Both the position numbers and the translations under genes were made by a program. A stretch of 22,485 nucleotides of DNA from Candidatus Aenigmatarchaeota archaeon. Lineage in GTDB: Archaea; Aenigmatarchaeota; Aenigmatarchaeia; CG10238-14. The notes beneath the pieces are model-generated. The model saw nothing but the letters and a program-made list of their open reading frames with translations, searched no databases and had not been told where the DNA came from. Positions 1 through 7,818 of this stretch are shown here, piece by piece. Where the stretch lies: assembly GCA_044343545.1 (NCBI GenBank), contig JAWBZR010000013.1, positions 1-22,485 of the forward strand, given 5' to 3'. Numbering within the stretch: the first letter of the stretch is position 1; each line of letters opens with the position of its first letter.

Positions 1-447
1 ATTGGTATAAAAGAGATTAGCATAATATTTCTTTTGATTTTACCCGTCACATTGGCTTATGAAAGGACAGAAGACATATTTTTCGTGTACGAAAAATACT
101 CATATCCAGCTAAGCTGATGGCGATGAGCTTTAATGACAGCTTTCAAATAGGTATTTCTACTGATACTTGGATTTTGGATTTTGGCCAAATATACGTAGG
201 TATGGGTAGTAGGAAATATATTAATGTTTCTGCAAGCGACGATGTCAAAGTAAGCTTGAAGGCCACAGGCAATATAAGCAGTGTAATGAAATTTGAAAAA
301 AATAATTTCCTTCTTTTGAAAGGGAAGAGCGAAAACATACCTATATATGTTGAGCCTAAAAGTGTTGGAAACTATTCAGGCGAAGTAAGGTTAACTTTTA
401 AAAGAATTAAATACCCATTTTTCAAATGGTTGTTGAAATGCGTTTAA
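1..447 (+). CDS. Membrane-anchored/secreted Ig-like beta-sandwich hypothetical protein (5' truncated)
   Basis: Frame is open from base 1 (IGIKEISIIFLLILPVTLA, hydrophobic), so the true start probably lies upstream of the window. Beta-rich LDFGxIxxG...GNIS...GNYSGEV pattern. Confidence 0.6.
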   Translation: MGIKEISIIFLLILPVTLAYERTEDIFFVYEKYSYPAKLMAMSFNDSFQIGISTDTWILDFGQIYVGMGSRKYINVSASDDVKVSLKATGNISSVMKFEKNNFLLLKGKSENIPIYVEPKSVGNYSGEVRLTFKRIKYPFFKWLLKCV

Positions 448-1148
448 TTTTATTGCTATTAATTATTTTGCCGATTGTAAGATCAGCTGTGATAGATGTG
501 AGCGTGGCAGACTATATAAATGTAGATATAATTGGATTTAGACAAGAAAATTTCGGGGAAGCTCTTAAAGTTAGCTTTGAAGCGTTTAATTCTGGCAGCG
601 TTGGTTGTAATGCATTATTTAGGGTTGATGTAGAAGGAAAAGATTATTCTTTCAGGGGATGGTCAAGAAATCCAAAATTTCAGCCAAGTGACAGGAAGCA
701 AGTAGAATTTTATTTGTTTTTTTTCAACAAAACAGGAAACTTCACGGGTAAAATAAGATATTATTGTGCAAACGAGATAAAAGAAGTGAAAAATTTTAGT
801 TTGCAATCTGATAAATATGTTAGTCAGCCCACCATAGAAATAATTTCTCCAAAATTTTTTAGAAACAAAATCACTTTGCACGTAAGATCAAACAACACAG
901 GAAAATTTGCGATAATTCCGGTTGACTATCCAAGAGGTTGGATAGTAGAGCAGAAAACCGTCTATATAAATAGTAGATGGCCAAAGTACGTTGAAATAGA
1001 ATATTTTCCTGATATTTGGATGAACGGCAAGATGAAGTTTGTAGTTGTGGGTGAAAATGGAGGATATGGAATAAGAGAGGTTGATTTGCGTAAAGAGAAT
1101 ATCTTTAACGAATTTATTTTTTATGCTCTAAAAATTTTAAGAAAATAA
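438..1148 (+). CDS. Secreted hypothetical protein with Ig/CARDB-like domain
   Basis: ATG at 438 overlaps the upstream stop and begins a signal peptide (MRLILLLLIILPIVRS-A). FNSGSVGC motif, several N-x-S/T sequons. Confidence 0.65.
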   Translation: MRLILLLLIILPIVRSAVIDVSVADYINVDIIGFRQENFGEALKVSFEAFNSGSVGCNALFRVDVEGKDYSFRGWSRNPKFQPSDRKQVEFYLFFFNKTGNFTGKIRYYCANEIKEVKNFSLQSDKYVSQPTIEIISPKFFRNKITLHVRSNNTGKFAIIPVDYPRGWIVEQKTVYINSRWPKYVEIEYFPDIWMNGKMKFVVVGENGGYGIREVDLRKENIFNEFIFYALKILRK

Positions 1149-1187
1149 CTGAGTAAATTTTATAGCTATAGAAAATAAAAAAAAATT

Positions 1188-1940
1188 GTGGAACAAAAAA
1201 TTATAGGTTTATTTTCTGGTAAAGGCGGTGTCGGCAAGACAACATTAACGATTAATCTTTCGCTTGCATTGGCAGAGCTAGGAAAAAATGTTATAGCAGT
1301 CGATACAGATTTTAAAATGAGTGGTTTGGGACTGCATTTGGGTTTATACAAATTTCCAGCTACAATAGTAGATGTTTTACTTTCAGAAAAAAATGTGTTA
1401 GAAGCAATTTATGTTCACCCTACTGGAATAAGAATAATACCAGCACCTTTGTATGTAAGGGAGTTGGATACATCAAAACTTAAAGACATTTTTTCCGCGC
1501 CGATTTTTTCTCAGGGTTTTGCTCTTTTAGATACACCGCCTGGTTTAGAAAAGAACGTCATAGATGTTATGTCTGCTTGCACGTCAGCAATTATATTGAC
1601 AACACCAGATTTGCCTGCTTTGGCAAGTGCTATCAAAGTAGTTGAAAAACTTAAGGAATTAAAAATACCGATAATCGGAGTAATAATAAACATGCATACT
1701 AAGGATATGCTGAGAATAGAAGAAATAGAGGAAACACTAGAAACCAATATATTAGGCGTCATACCTTTTGATAAAAATTTTAGAAAAAGTTTGAATTTAA
1801 AAAAACCCTTGTTGCAATTAGATCCATATTGTAAAGCATCAATAGAAATTAAAAAAATAGCTGCGAAAATTGCCAATGAAAGTTTTAGAGAAGAAAAACT
1901 ATTATTTTTAAAGAGGATTTTAAGGGTGTTGAATTTATGA
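1188..1940 (+). CDS. minD: MinD/ParA-family ATPase (archaeal MinD-like)
   Basis: Deviant Walker A GKGGVGKTT, VDTD, LLDTPPG, TTPDLPA, IGVIIN, LGVIPFD. C-terminal amphipathic helix LLFLKRILRVLNL. Confidence 0.85.
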   Translation: MEQKIIGLFSGKGGVGKTTLTINLSLALAELGKNVIAVDTDFKMSGLGLHLGLYKFPATIVDVLLSEKNVLEAIYVHPTGIRIIPAPLYVRELDTSKLKDIFSAPIFSQGFALLDTPPGLEKNVIDVMSACTSAIILTTPDLPALASAIKVVEKLKELKIPIIGVIINMHTKDMLRIEEIEETLETNILGVIPFDKNFRKSLNLKKPLLQLDPYCKASIEIKKIAAKIANESFREEKLLFLKRILRVLNL

Positions 1941-4171
1941 AAAGATATTTATTAATTTTATTGATTTTTCTTCAAATTGCTTGCGCTAAACCAATAATAT
2001 CAAATTTAACAATTTACCCAGAAGAACCTTTTTTGGGCGACGAAGTTAAAATCCAATTTTCTTGTTATGAGGAAAATCAAACAATTAAAAAAATACAGGT
2101 TAATTGTTTGTCACCCATTGAAATTCCTAATTCCAGTTTTGAAATAAAAAAATTAGATAACTACCAATTTTCATTGTTGCTTGACTATCCATATTATGGT
2201 GTTTATTATTTTCAAATATTGTGTGAAAGCGATTCAATGACGGAAAATTCTACAATAGAAAATTTCAATTTTACGGTTTTCAATTTTACAGTTTATATAG
2301 ATAGCATAAAACCAGGTAAAATATATGAGGGAGATGAAGTCAAAATTTTCTTGAAGATAAAAAAGAATGATTTTGACGTCAACACTTCGTCAAACATAAA
2401 TTTTCAAATTTTCTTAAATGGAAAATCTGTAAATTTCAAGCTTCCACCATACTTTGATGCCTCTAAAGGTTGGACATTGACTTTTCAGGCACCATCTTCT
2501 GGAGAATATAAGTTAAAGATAGTGGCAAACGTTGATGAAAAAAAAGTCGAAGTGGAAAAAAACATCATAGTTCATAAATTGATAGACATATCTTTTTTAA
2601 GTATAGATAAAACAGAAATTTTACCTAATGATACGGTAACCATTAAATTTTTTATTAAAGAGAGAGATTTTAAGATAGATAATTCATCTCTTTCTACAAT
2701 AGTTTTGTTCGATTCAGAAAATATATCTTTTGATCAAAATACCTTTGATACTCTCGAGGGAACTATAGTGGAAATAAAAATGAAAGCAAAGGAAACCGTA
2801 GGAAATCATAAAATTTCAGTAAAGATTTTTTACAAGGGTAAAGAATATTTGAAGGAAATTGAAGTTGTTTTTCCAATAAAAGTTGAAGGTAATTTGAGAT
2901 TTAATGATGGTTCAAATCTTCAAGGAAAGATAAAGTTTAAAAGAAATAATTTCGAAAGAGTTATAATTACTAACTCTTCTGGATATTATAGTGGCACAAT
3001 TCCAAGAGGCAGATATGACATAGAGATAGAAACTGCCAATCATCCAAATTACCCATCTATAAAGTTGACGTTAAATAACACCGAGATAGATTCTTTTCTT
3101 GATCCGATAAAATTTGATGTTTTGAAAAATGTGAATTTAGAAGGTTTATTAATAGGCGGAGCCTACTATGTTGATGTTAGTTTAGATTCTTATGCTAACA
3201 TACAGTTGTCTTACGATCAAAAGAAGTTGTATAGAGAAAATGAAATCAAAGTTTATAGGTGCGAATATTGGAATTTTGATAAAGGTTCTTGTGATGAATG
3301 GCTTGAAGAAGTAGAAGCACTTGTAGATAAAGATAAAAACATGGTGATTCTAAATTCAAATATACCGTCAACTTTTATAATTTCTTGCAGAAAGAAACTC
3401 GAGTTGAAAGCTTTTTCTGATAAAAAAGATTATCATATGGGTGATGTCATCAACGTATACGGCTATGTTCAAGATGAAGATGGAAATTACATAGCTGATG
3501 CCAATGTCTCTATAAGAACCATAGATGTTAACAAATTTACAACAACAGATAAAAATGGGTATTTTTCTTCCCAGTTTTTGGCGCCAGACAAAGAGGGAAA
3601 ATTTAAAATAGATATAATTGCACAAAAGTCAAGTTACATAGAAGATAAAACCTCTTTGGAAATAAATGTCACAAAAATCAAGAAAATATTGATATTTGTC
3701 GAAGATACTATCAAAGTCTATCCAGGCAATATTACAATACCTTTAAGATTGGTTAATGTTGGGCAAGCGGATGTTGATTCATGTGTCATAAATGTTTCTG
3801 GTTTACCGTCAGATTTTAAGGTTTTAAACAATAAAGAAGAAATTGAAATAAAAAAAGGTGAAGAAAGATACTCGCCTATATCTATTTTCACGCCAAATAA
3901 CATTACACCTTCCGATTATATAATAAAAATTACATCTAATTGCGATGGTTTTATTGCAGAGAAACAGTTGCTTTTAATAGTAGAAAATGAACAAAAAATG
4001 CCAACAACGAAAATTGTTTTGCCTCAAGTCAATTTAAAAATTATGTTAACATTTTTTGTTTGTTTTTTGATAATTTTGTTAGCCTTTATATTGAAGAAAT
4101 ATAAAACAAAAAACCAAAACGATTCAATTCTTAAACAAATAAAAGACGAAATAAAAAAAGATTTAAACTAA
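1937..4171 (+). CDS. Large cell-surface protein with tandem Ig-like/carboxypeptidase-regulatory-like domains and a C-terminal TM anchor
   Basis: Signal peptide MKRYLLILLIFLQIACA, beta-rich repeats (TNSSGYYS, TDKNGYFS, LVNVGQAD), CxxWxFxxxxC motif, C-terminal TM followed by a Lys-rich tail. ATGA overlap with minD. Confidence 0.75.
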   Translation: MKRYLLILLIFLQIACAKPIISNLTIYPEEPFLGDEVKIQFSCYEENQTIKKIQVNCLSPIEIPNSSFEIKKLDNYQFSLLLDYPYYGVYYFQILCESDSMTENSTIENFNFTVFNFTVYIDSIKPGKIYEGDEVKIFLKIKKNDFDVNTSSNINFQIFLNGKSVNFKLPPYFDASKGWTLTFQAPSSGEYKLKIVANVDEKKVEVEKNIIVHKLIDISFLSIDKTEILPNDTVTIKFFIKERDFKIDNSSLSTIVLFDSENISFDQNTFDTLEGTIVEIKMKAKETVGNHKISVKIFYKGKEYLKEIEVVFPIKVEGNLRFNDGSNLQGKIKFKRNNFERVIITNSSGYYSGTIPRGRYDIEIETANHPNYPSIKLTLNNTEIDSFLDPIKFDVLKNVNLEGLLIGGAYYVDVSLDSYANIQLSYDQKKLYRENEIKVYRCEYWNFDKGSCDEWLEEVEALVDKDKNMVILNSNIPSTFIISCRKKLELKAFSDKKDYHMGDVINVYGYVQDEDGNYIADANVSIRTIDVNKFTTTDKNGYFSSQFLAPDKEGKFKIDIIAQKSSYIEDKTSLEINVTKIKKILIFVEDTIKVYPGNITIPLRLVNVGQADVDSCVINVSGLPSDFKVLNNKEEIEIKKGEERYSPISIFTPNNITPSDYIIKITSNCDGFIAEKQLLLIVENEQKMPTTKIVLPQVNLKIMLTFFVCFLIILLAFILKKYKTKNQNDSILKQIKDEIKKDLN

Positions 4172-4191
4172 AAATCAAAAAAATAATTTAA

Positions 4192-4797
4192 ATGATAGAG
4201 GATATCATTTTTGCATTTAAATCGATATTTGTCGAAATACTACCTTCAGTTTTTGTTTCAATTCTCTTATTCATTTTTGGCTGGATACTGGCGAAAATTT
4301 TTTCAGGCTTAACGAGTAAAACTCTTGAAAAATTAAAAATTGACGAGCATATAAAACTTGGAAAAAGAATAGGTTTTAGTGAAGTTGTTTCTTTAAGCGT
4401 ATATTGGATAATATTTTTCGTTTTCATAAATGCTTCTATAGAAAATTTGGGAATAAGCTCTTTATCTAACTATATGCATTCGTTGACCGATTTTATAATA
4501 AAACTTTTTAGCGGATTTTTGATAATAATAGTGGGTTATTCTATATCCTCTTTCATTCAATTAAAAGTTGTTCAAACAAAAATCTCTCATGCAGAAATTA
4601 TTTCACAGTTAATCTTCTTTTTTTCCATAATAATCACAATTGAAATGGCTTTAAAAGTTATAGGCTTACCTACGGAATTAATGGATGCGATTTTGTTAAT
4701 AATAGTTGCAAGTTTAGGCTTGGGAATTGCCATAGCGATAGGCTTGGGATTGAAAGATTTTGTATCTAATTGGGTTAAAAAATACTATAAAGATTAA
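4192..4797 (+). CDS. Polytopic membrane protein, MscS-associated TM-helix repeat (CmpX-like) family
   Basis: Repeated LPxxxxxILLxxxGWxxA-type helices and C-terminal GIAIAIGLGLKDFV motif. No cytoplasmic MscS beta domain is apparent. Confidence 0.7.
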   Translation: MIEDIIFAFKSIFVEILPSVFVSILLFIFGWILAKIFSGLTSKTLEKLKIDEHIKLGKRIGFSEVVSLSVYWIIFFVFINASIENLGISSLSNYMHSLTDFIIKLFSGFLIIIVGYSISSFIQLKVVQTKISHAEIISQLIFFFSIIITIEMALKVIGLPTELMDAILLIIVASLGLGIAIAIGLGLKDFVSNWVKKYYKD

Positions 4798-4833
4798 CAT
4801 TATTATTTAAGTTAACTTAAAATATTAAATTAA

Positions 4834-5268
4834 ATGGCCAACGAGATCACACTTAAAACTTCAAGAAAAAAATTTATTTTGTTTTATATTTTTGCAATCC
4901 TTCTAATTTTTCTCTATCCAAACTCATATTTTTATTCTCAAGGTGGAATCTATAACTATATTTTTTTCCTCATTTTATTTATTTCCTTGGCATATCCTGA
5001 AATAAAGATAGCATCTTCCGTTTACATCATTACAAGAGAGAATATCATAGAAATAAAGGGGATAATAACCAAAAGAAAGACAGTGATACCCTTCACTTCT
5101 ATTTCTCATGTCGTGATGAACAAAACTATTGGTGGAATCATAATGGGTTATGGAGATATCATAATTTCATCTTATAGAGATGTGTGTATAGTATTCGAAG
5201 GCATAAGTAATGCAGAAAAAATAACTGAAATTATAGAAAAAAGAGTTGAGAGTGAAAAAAGAATATAA
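4834..5268 (+). CDS. Membrane protein with bacterial PH (bPH_2-like) domain
   Basis: Two TM helices followed by YIITRENIIEIKGII...IPFTSISHV...GYGDIII...FEGISNAE. Confidence 0.75.
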   Translation: MANEITLKTSRKKFILFYIFAILLIFLYPNSYFYSQGGIYNYIFFLILFISLAYPEIKIASSVYIITRENIIEIKGIITKRKTVIPFTSISHVVMNKTIGGIIMGYGDIIISSYRDVCIVFEGISNAEKITEIIEKRVESEKRI

Positions 5269-5291
5269 AGACAATCGAATTATATGAATTC

Positions 5292-6539
5292 ATGAAAAAT
5301 GTTTACATAGAAACATATGGTTGTAGTTCAAACAAGTCAGATTCAGAAATAATGGCAGGTTTATTGATATCAAAGGGGTATAATATCACTTTTAATGAAA
5401 AAGATGCAGATTACATTATAATAAATACATGCGGAGTTAAGAAGCAAACAGAAGATAGGATATTGAAACGATTACAAGACCTGGCAAAAACAAACAAAAA
5501 AATAATTGTTGCAGGTTGCTTGACGAAAATAGATGTCGGAAAGATTAAATCAAAAATTCCAAATTATTATGCGCTCCTCGACCCTCAATCCATAGATAAA
5601 ATAGATTTAGCATTAAAAAATGGGGGGATTTTTTTTTCAGACAAGCCCATAGAAAAGGTTTGTTTACCAAAGTATTCATTTAACGACGTTGTTTATATCG
5701 TTCAAATTTCAGAAGGTTGTTTGTCTGCATGTTCATTTTGTGCAACAAGGTTTGCTAGAGGCAGATTGTTTAGTTTTGACAAAAATAGCATAATAACTTC
5801 CATCAATGAAGCAGTTAAAAATGGTTATAAAGAAATATGGTTAACTTCTCAGGACAATTCGTGCTACGGCAAGGATATCGGAAGTAACTTGGCGGAACTA
5901 TTAAATGAAATTAATAAAATAAAGGGGAAATTTTGGGTAAGGGTTGGCATGATGAATCCATTACATTTAAAGTCGTTTTTAGAAGATCTTATAGAAGCTT
6001 ATAAAAGTGAAAAAATTTTCAAATTTATACACATTCCCGTGCAGTCCGGAAGCGACAAGATTTTAAGGGATATGCGCCGAGGCTATACAGTCAAGAACTT
6101 TTTATATTACGTAAAAAGATTTAGAGAAGAAATAAATGAAATAACGATCTCTACAGATATAATAGTTGGTTATCCTACAGAAACTAATATTGACTTTAAC
6201 AAAACACTCAAATTGCTTAAAAAGATAAAACCAGATGTGGTAAATCTTTCTAGATATACTCCAAGAAAAAATACTTTAGCATCGCAATTAAAACAATTGC
6301 CACCTCATTTGGTTAATAAAAGGAGCAAAAAGGTTCATGATTTGATGAGAAAAATATTGAGCAAAAAAAACGAAAAATGGCTACATTGGAAAGGAGAGGT
6401 TTTAATAGATGAAAAGAATGACAATTTTCTTATAGGCAGAAATATTTTTTATAAACCAATAGTTGTTTCTGGGAAACTTGGAGAATATAGGCAAGTGGAA
6501 ATAGTTGAAACTTTTGCAAACTATCTTGTCGGAAAATAA
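5292..6539 (+). CDS. mtaB: tRNA t6A37 methylthiotransferase (radical SAM, e-MtaB/CDKAL1-like)
   Basis: UPF0004 N-domain Cys (TYGCSSN, INTCGVK, VAGCL), CxxxCxxC (CLSACSFC), HIPVQSGS, STDIIVGYPTET, C-terminal TRAM-like region. Confidence 0.9.
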   Translation: MKNVYIETYGCSSNKSDSEIMAGLLISKGYNITFNEKDADYIIINTCGVKKQTEDRILKRLQDLAKTNKKIIVAGCLTKIDVGKIKSKIPNYYALLDPQSIDKIDLALKNGGIFFSDKPIEKVCLPKYSFNDVVYIVQISEGCLSACSFCATRFARGRLFSFDKNSIITSINEAVKNGYKEIWLTSQDNSCYGKDIGSNLAELLNEINKIKGKFWVRVGMMNPLHLKSFLEDLIEAYKSEKIFKFIHIPVQSGSDKILRDMRRGYTVKNFLYYVKRFREEINEITISTDIIVGYPTETNIDFNKTLKLLKKIKPDVVNLSRYTPRKNTLASQLKQLPPHLVNKRSKKVHDLMRKILSKKNEKWLHWKGEVLIDEKNDNFLIGRNIFYKPIVVSGKLGEYRQVEIVETFANYLVGK

Positions 6540-6562
6540 AAATAAAAAAGAATGGGAAAAAT
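6534..6562 (-). terminator. Oligo-T terminator tract for the acidic microprotein gene
   Basis: Directly after the minus-strand stop at 6566 the minus strand reads ATTTTTCCCATTCTTTTTTATTTTTATTT. Confidence 0.45.
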
Positions 6563-6565
6563 CAA

Positions 6566-6664
6566 TTACCAGTCTTCATCATCGAACTCTTCATCGTAGT
6601 CTTCATCTTCCCAGTCTTCATCATCTTCCCAGTCTTCTTCTTCGTCCCTTCTTGTTATGTACAA
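6566..6664 (-). CDS. 32-aa hyper-acidic microprotein MYITRRDEEEDWEDDEDWEDEDYDEEFDDEDW (not in ORF track)
   Basis: TTG start 6 nt after a GAGGTG RBS (6671-6676), TATA box TTTAAATA (6707-6714), clean 33-codon frame, oligo-T tract after the stop. Confidence 0.75.
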   Translation of the reverse strand: MYITRRDEEEDWEDDEDWEDEDYDEEFDDEDW

Positions 6665-6706
6665 TTGTTTCACCTCTGAATATTCATTTATTCTATTGGG
6701 TAAAAG

Positions 6707-6714
6707 TATTTAAA
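6707..6714 (-). promoter_or_regulatory. TATA box of the acidic microprotein gene
   Basis: Minus strand ...GATAAAGG-TTTAAATA..., with a purine-rich BRE-like element upstream and spacing that fits a short leader carrying the RBS. Confidence 0.55.
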
Positions 6715-6778
6715 CCTTTATCATATTATTCTGAAGTAATAAATTTCTTTTATATTTTTAAGGCACGAAAGTAAAATT

Positions 6779-7078
6779 ATGAAAATAACAAAGCATCAAA
6801 TATTGGAAAAATTAAGAGAATGTTACGATCCGGAAATACCTATAAATATAGTAGATTTAGGCCTGGTTTATGAAGTGAAAATAAAAAAGAAAGATGTTTA
6901 TGTTAAGTTGGTTTTGACATCATTGGGTTGCCCGTTGGGTTTTTACATTACAGAGGAAGTTAAGAGAAAGATAAAAGAAATAGATGGAGTAAATGATGTA
7001 TTAGTAGAAATAGATTTTGATAAAACATGGACACCAGATAGAATGTCAAAAAAGGCTAGAGAAATTTTAGGCATTTAA
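6779..7078 (+). CDS. DUF59 (SufT/PaaD/Cia2-like) metal-sulfur cluster assembly factor
   Basis: DPEIPINIVDLGLVY, LTSLGCP and WTPDRMS motifs. Confidence 0.9.
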   Translation: MKITKHQILEKLRECYDPEIPINIVDLGLVYEVKIKKKDVYVKLVLTSLGCPLGFYITEEVKRKIKEIDGVNDVLVEIDFDKTWTPDRMSKKAREILGI

Positions 7079-7219
7079 CTTTTCTTCCATTTCTTTGGTT
7101 TCTTTCAAAAACCTTTCAATAACCCTTGGTAGATCTTTTTCTTCAACTCTAAAAATTTCTGCGATTTTTTTCAAAATTTCTTCCTTTTTCTTTAATTCTT
7201 TCCATTCTTCCATGTTCAT
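7067..7219 (-). CDS. 50-aa helical protein resembling the AlaRS helix-loop-helix dimerisation segment (not in ORF track)
   Basis: MNMEEWKELKKKEEILKKIAEIFRVEEKDLPRVIERFLKETKEMEEKLNA. GAGGTG RBS at 7230-7235. Lies 33 nt downstream of aMBF1 on the same strand. Confidence 0.7.
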   Translation of the reverse strand: MNMEEWKELKKKEEILKKIAEIFRVEEKDLPRVIERFLKETKEMEEKLNA

Positions 7220-7252
7220 ATAAAATCTACACCTCAAACAAATATTTTAAAT

Positions 7253-7690
7253 TCATTCTATCTCGACCACGTCACCTATGGTAAGGGGTGCAGTTTTTTG
7301 ATTTCTTTTAACAAATTCTTTTTCCATCTTAAAAAGAATTTTTATTTCCAACTCTTTTTCTATTATCCTTGCAAGTTTTTCATCTGGCTTTAAACTTTCA
7401 GATTCTATTCTTTTCAGAATATTTTCTTTAATTTTAATTTTCTCAGCAAATTCTTTCCTTGTCAGCTTCATTCTTTCCCTTGCCTCTTTAATAATTTTCC
7501 CAAAATTTTCAACCAACTCAAATTCTTCTTCTTTGCTTGTTACTTTTTTTGGCTTCTCAACCAACTTTTCATGAACCACTTGACCATAACAGGAGCAATT
7601 TTTGCACACTTCAACTATAGCATCTTCTACTTTTATCTTGAGGGTAGCTTCTTTTCTTCCACAAATATTACATTCTGAAATAAAAAACAC
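7253..7690 (-). CDS. mbf1: Archaeal multiprotein bridging factor aMBF1 (Zn-ribbon + Cro-type HTH)
   Basis: CNICG...VCKNC zinc ribbon, IKEARERMKLTRKEFAEKI...IESESLKPD HTH, C-terminal LTIGDVV. Start may be ATT at 7681. Confidence 0.9.
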   Translation of the reverse strand: MFFISECNICGRKEATLKIKVEDAIVEVCKNCSCYGQVVHEKLVEKPKKVTSKEEEFELVENFGKIIKEARERMKLTRKEFAEKIKIKENILKRIESESLKPDEKLARIIEKELEIKILFKMEKEFVKRNQKTAPLTIGDVVEIE

Positions 7691-7818
7691 CTTTTTCTCT
7701 TTTTAATTTATTCATTTGATAACATTTTAAATATTTGCCCTACAAAATTTATTAAATGGAGTATGGTGTTTATCGGATTATATCTGTCTTTTAAACTCTC
7801 GTTATCAGGTGTTAATTT

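Noticed and set aside
5292..6539. Radical SAM enzyme as maturase of the adjacent acidic peptide
   Set aside because: It has the full UPF0004 + radical SAM + TRAM methylthiotransferase architecture, no RRE or SPASM domain, and is convergent rather than co-transcribed.
6569..6645. CCAGTCTTCATC-type repeats as a mini-CRISPR or iteron array
   Set aside because: Units are short, in-frame codon repeats (EDW/EDD) with no spacers of CRISPR length and no cas genes.
6505..6774. 89-aa His/Ser/Leu-repeat ORF on the + strand (SLHHLPSLHH)
   Set aside because: It is the antisense shadow of the D/E/W microprotein. The RBS, TATA box and terminator all support the minus strand.
7067..7219. 50-aa ORF as the missing second half of a split AlaRS
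   Set aside because: It parallels a segment alaS still retains and lacks the globular C-Ala domain, so it is not a complementary split fragment.
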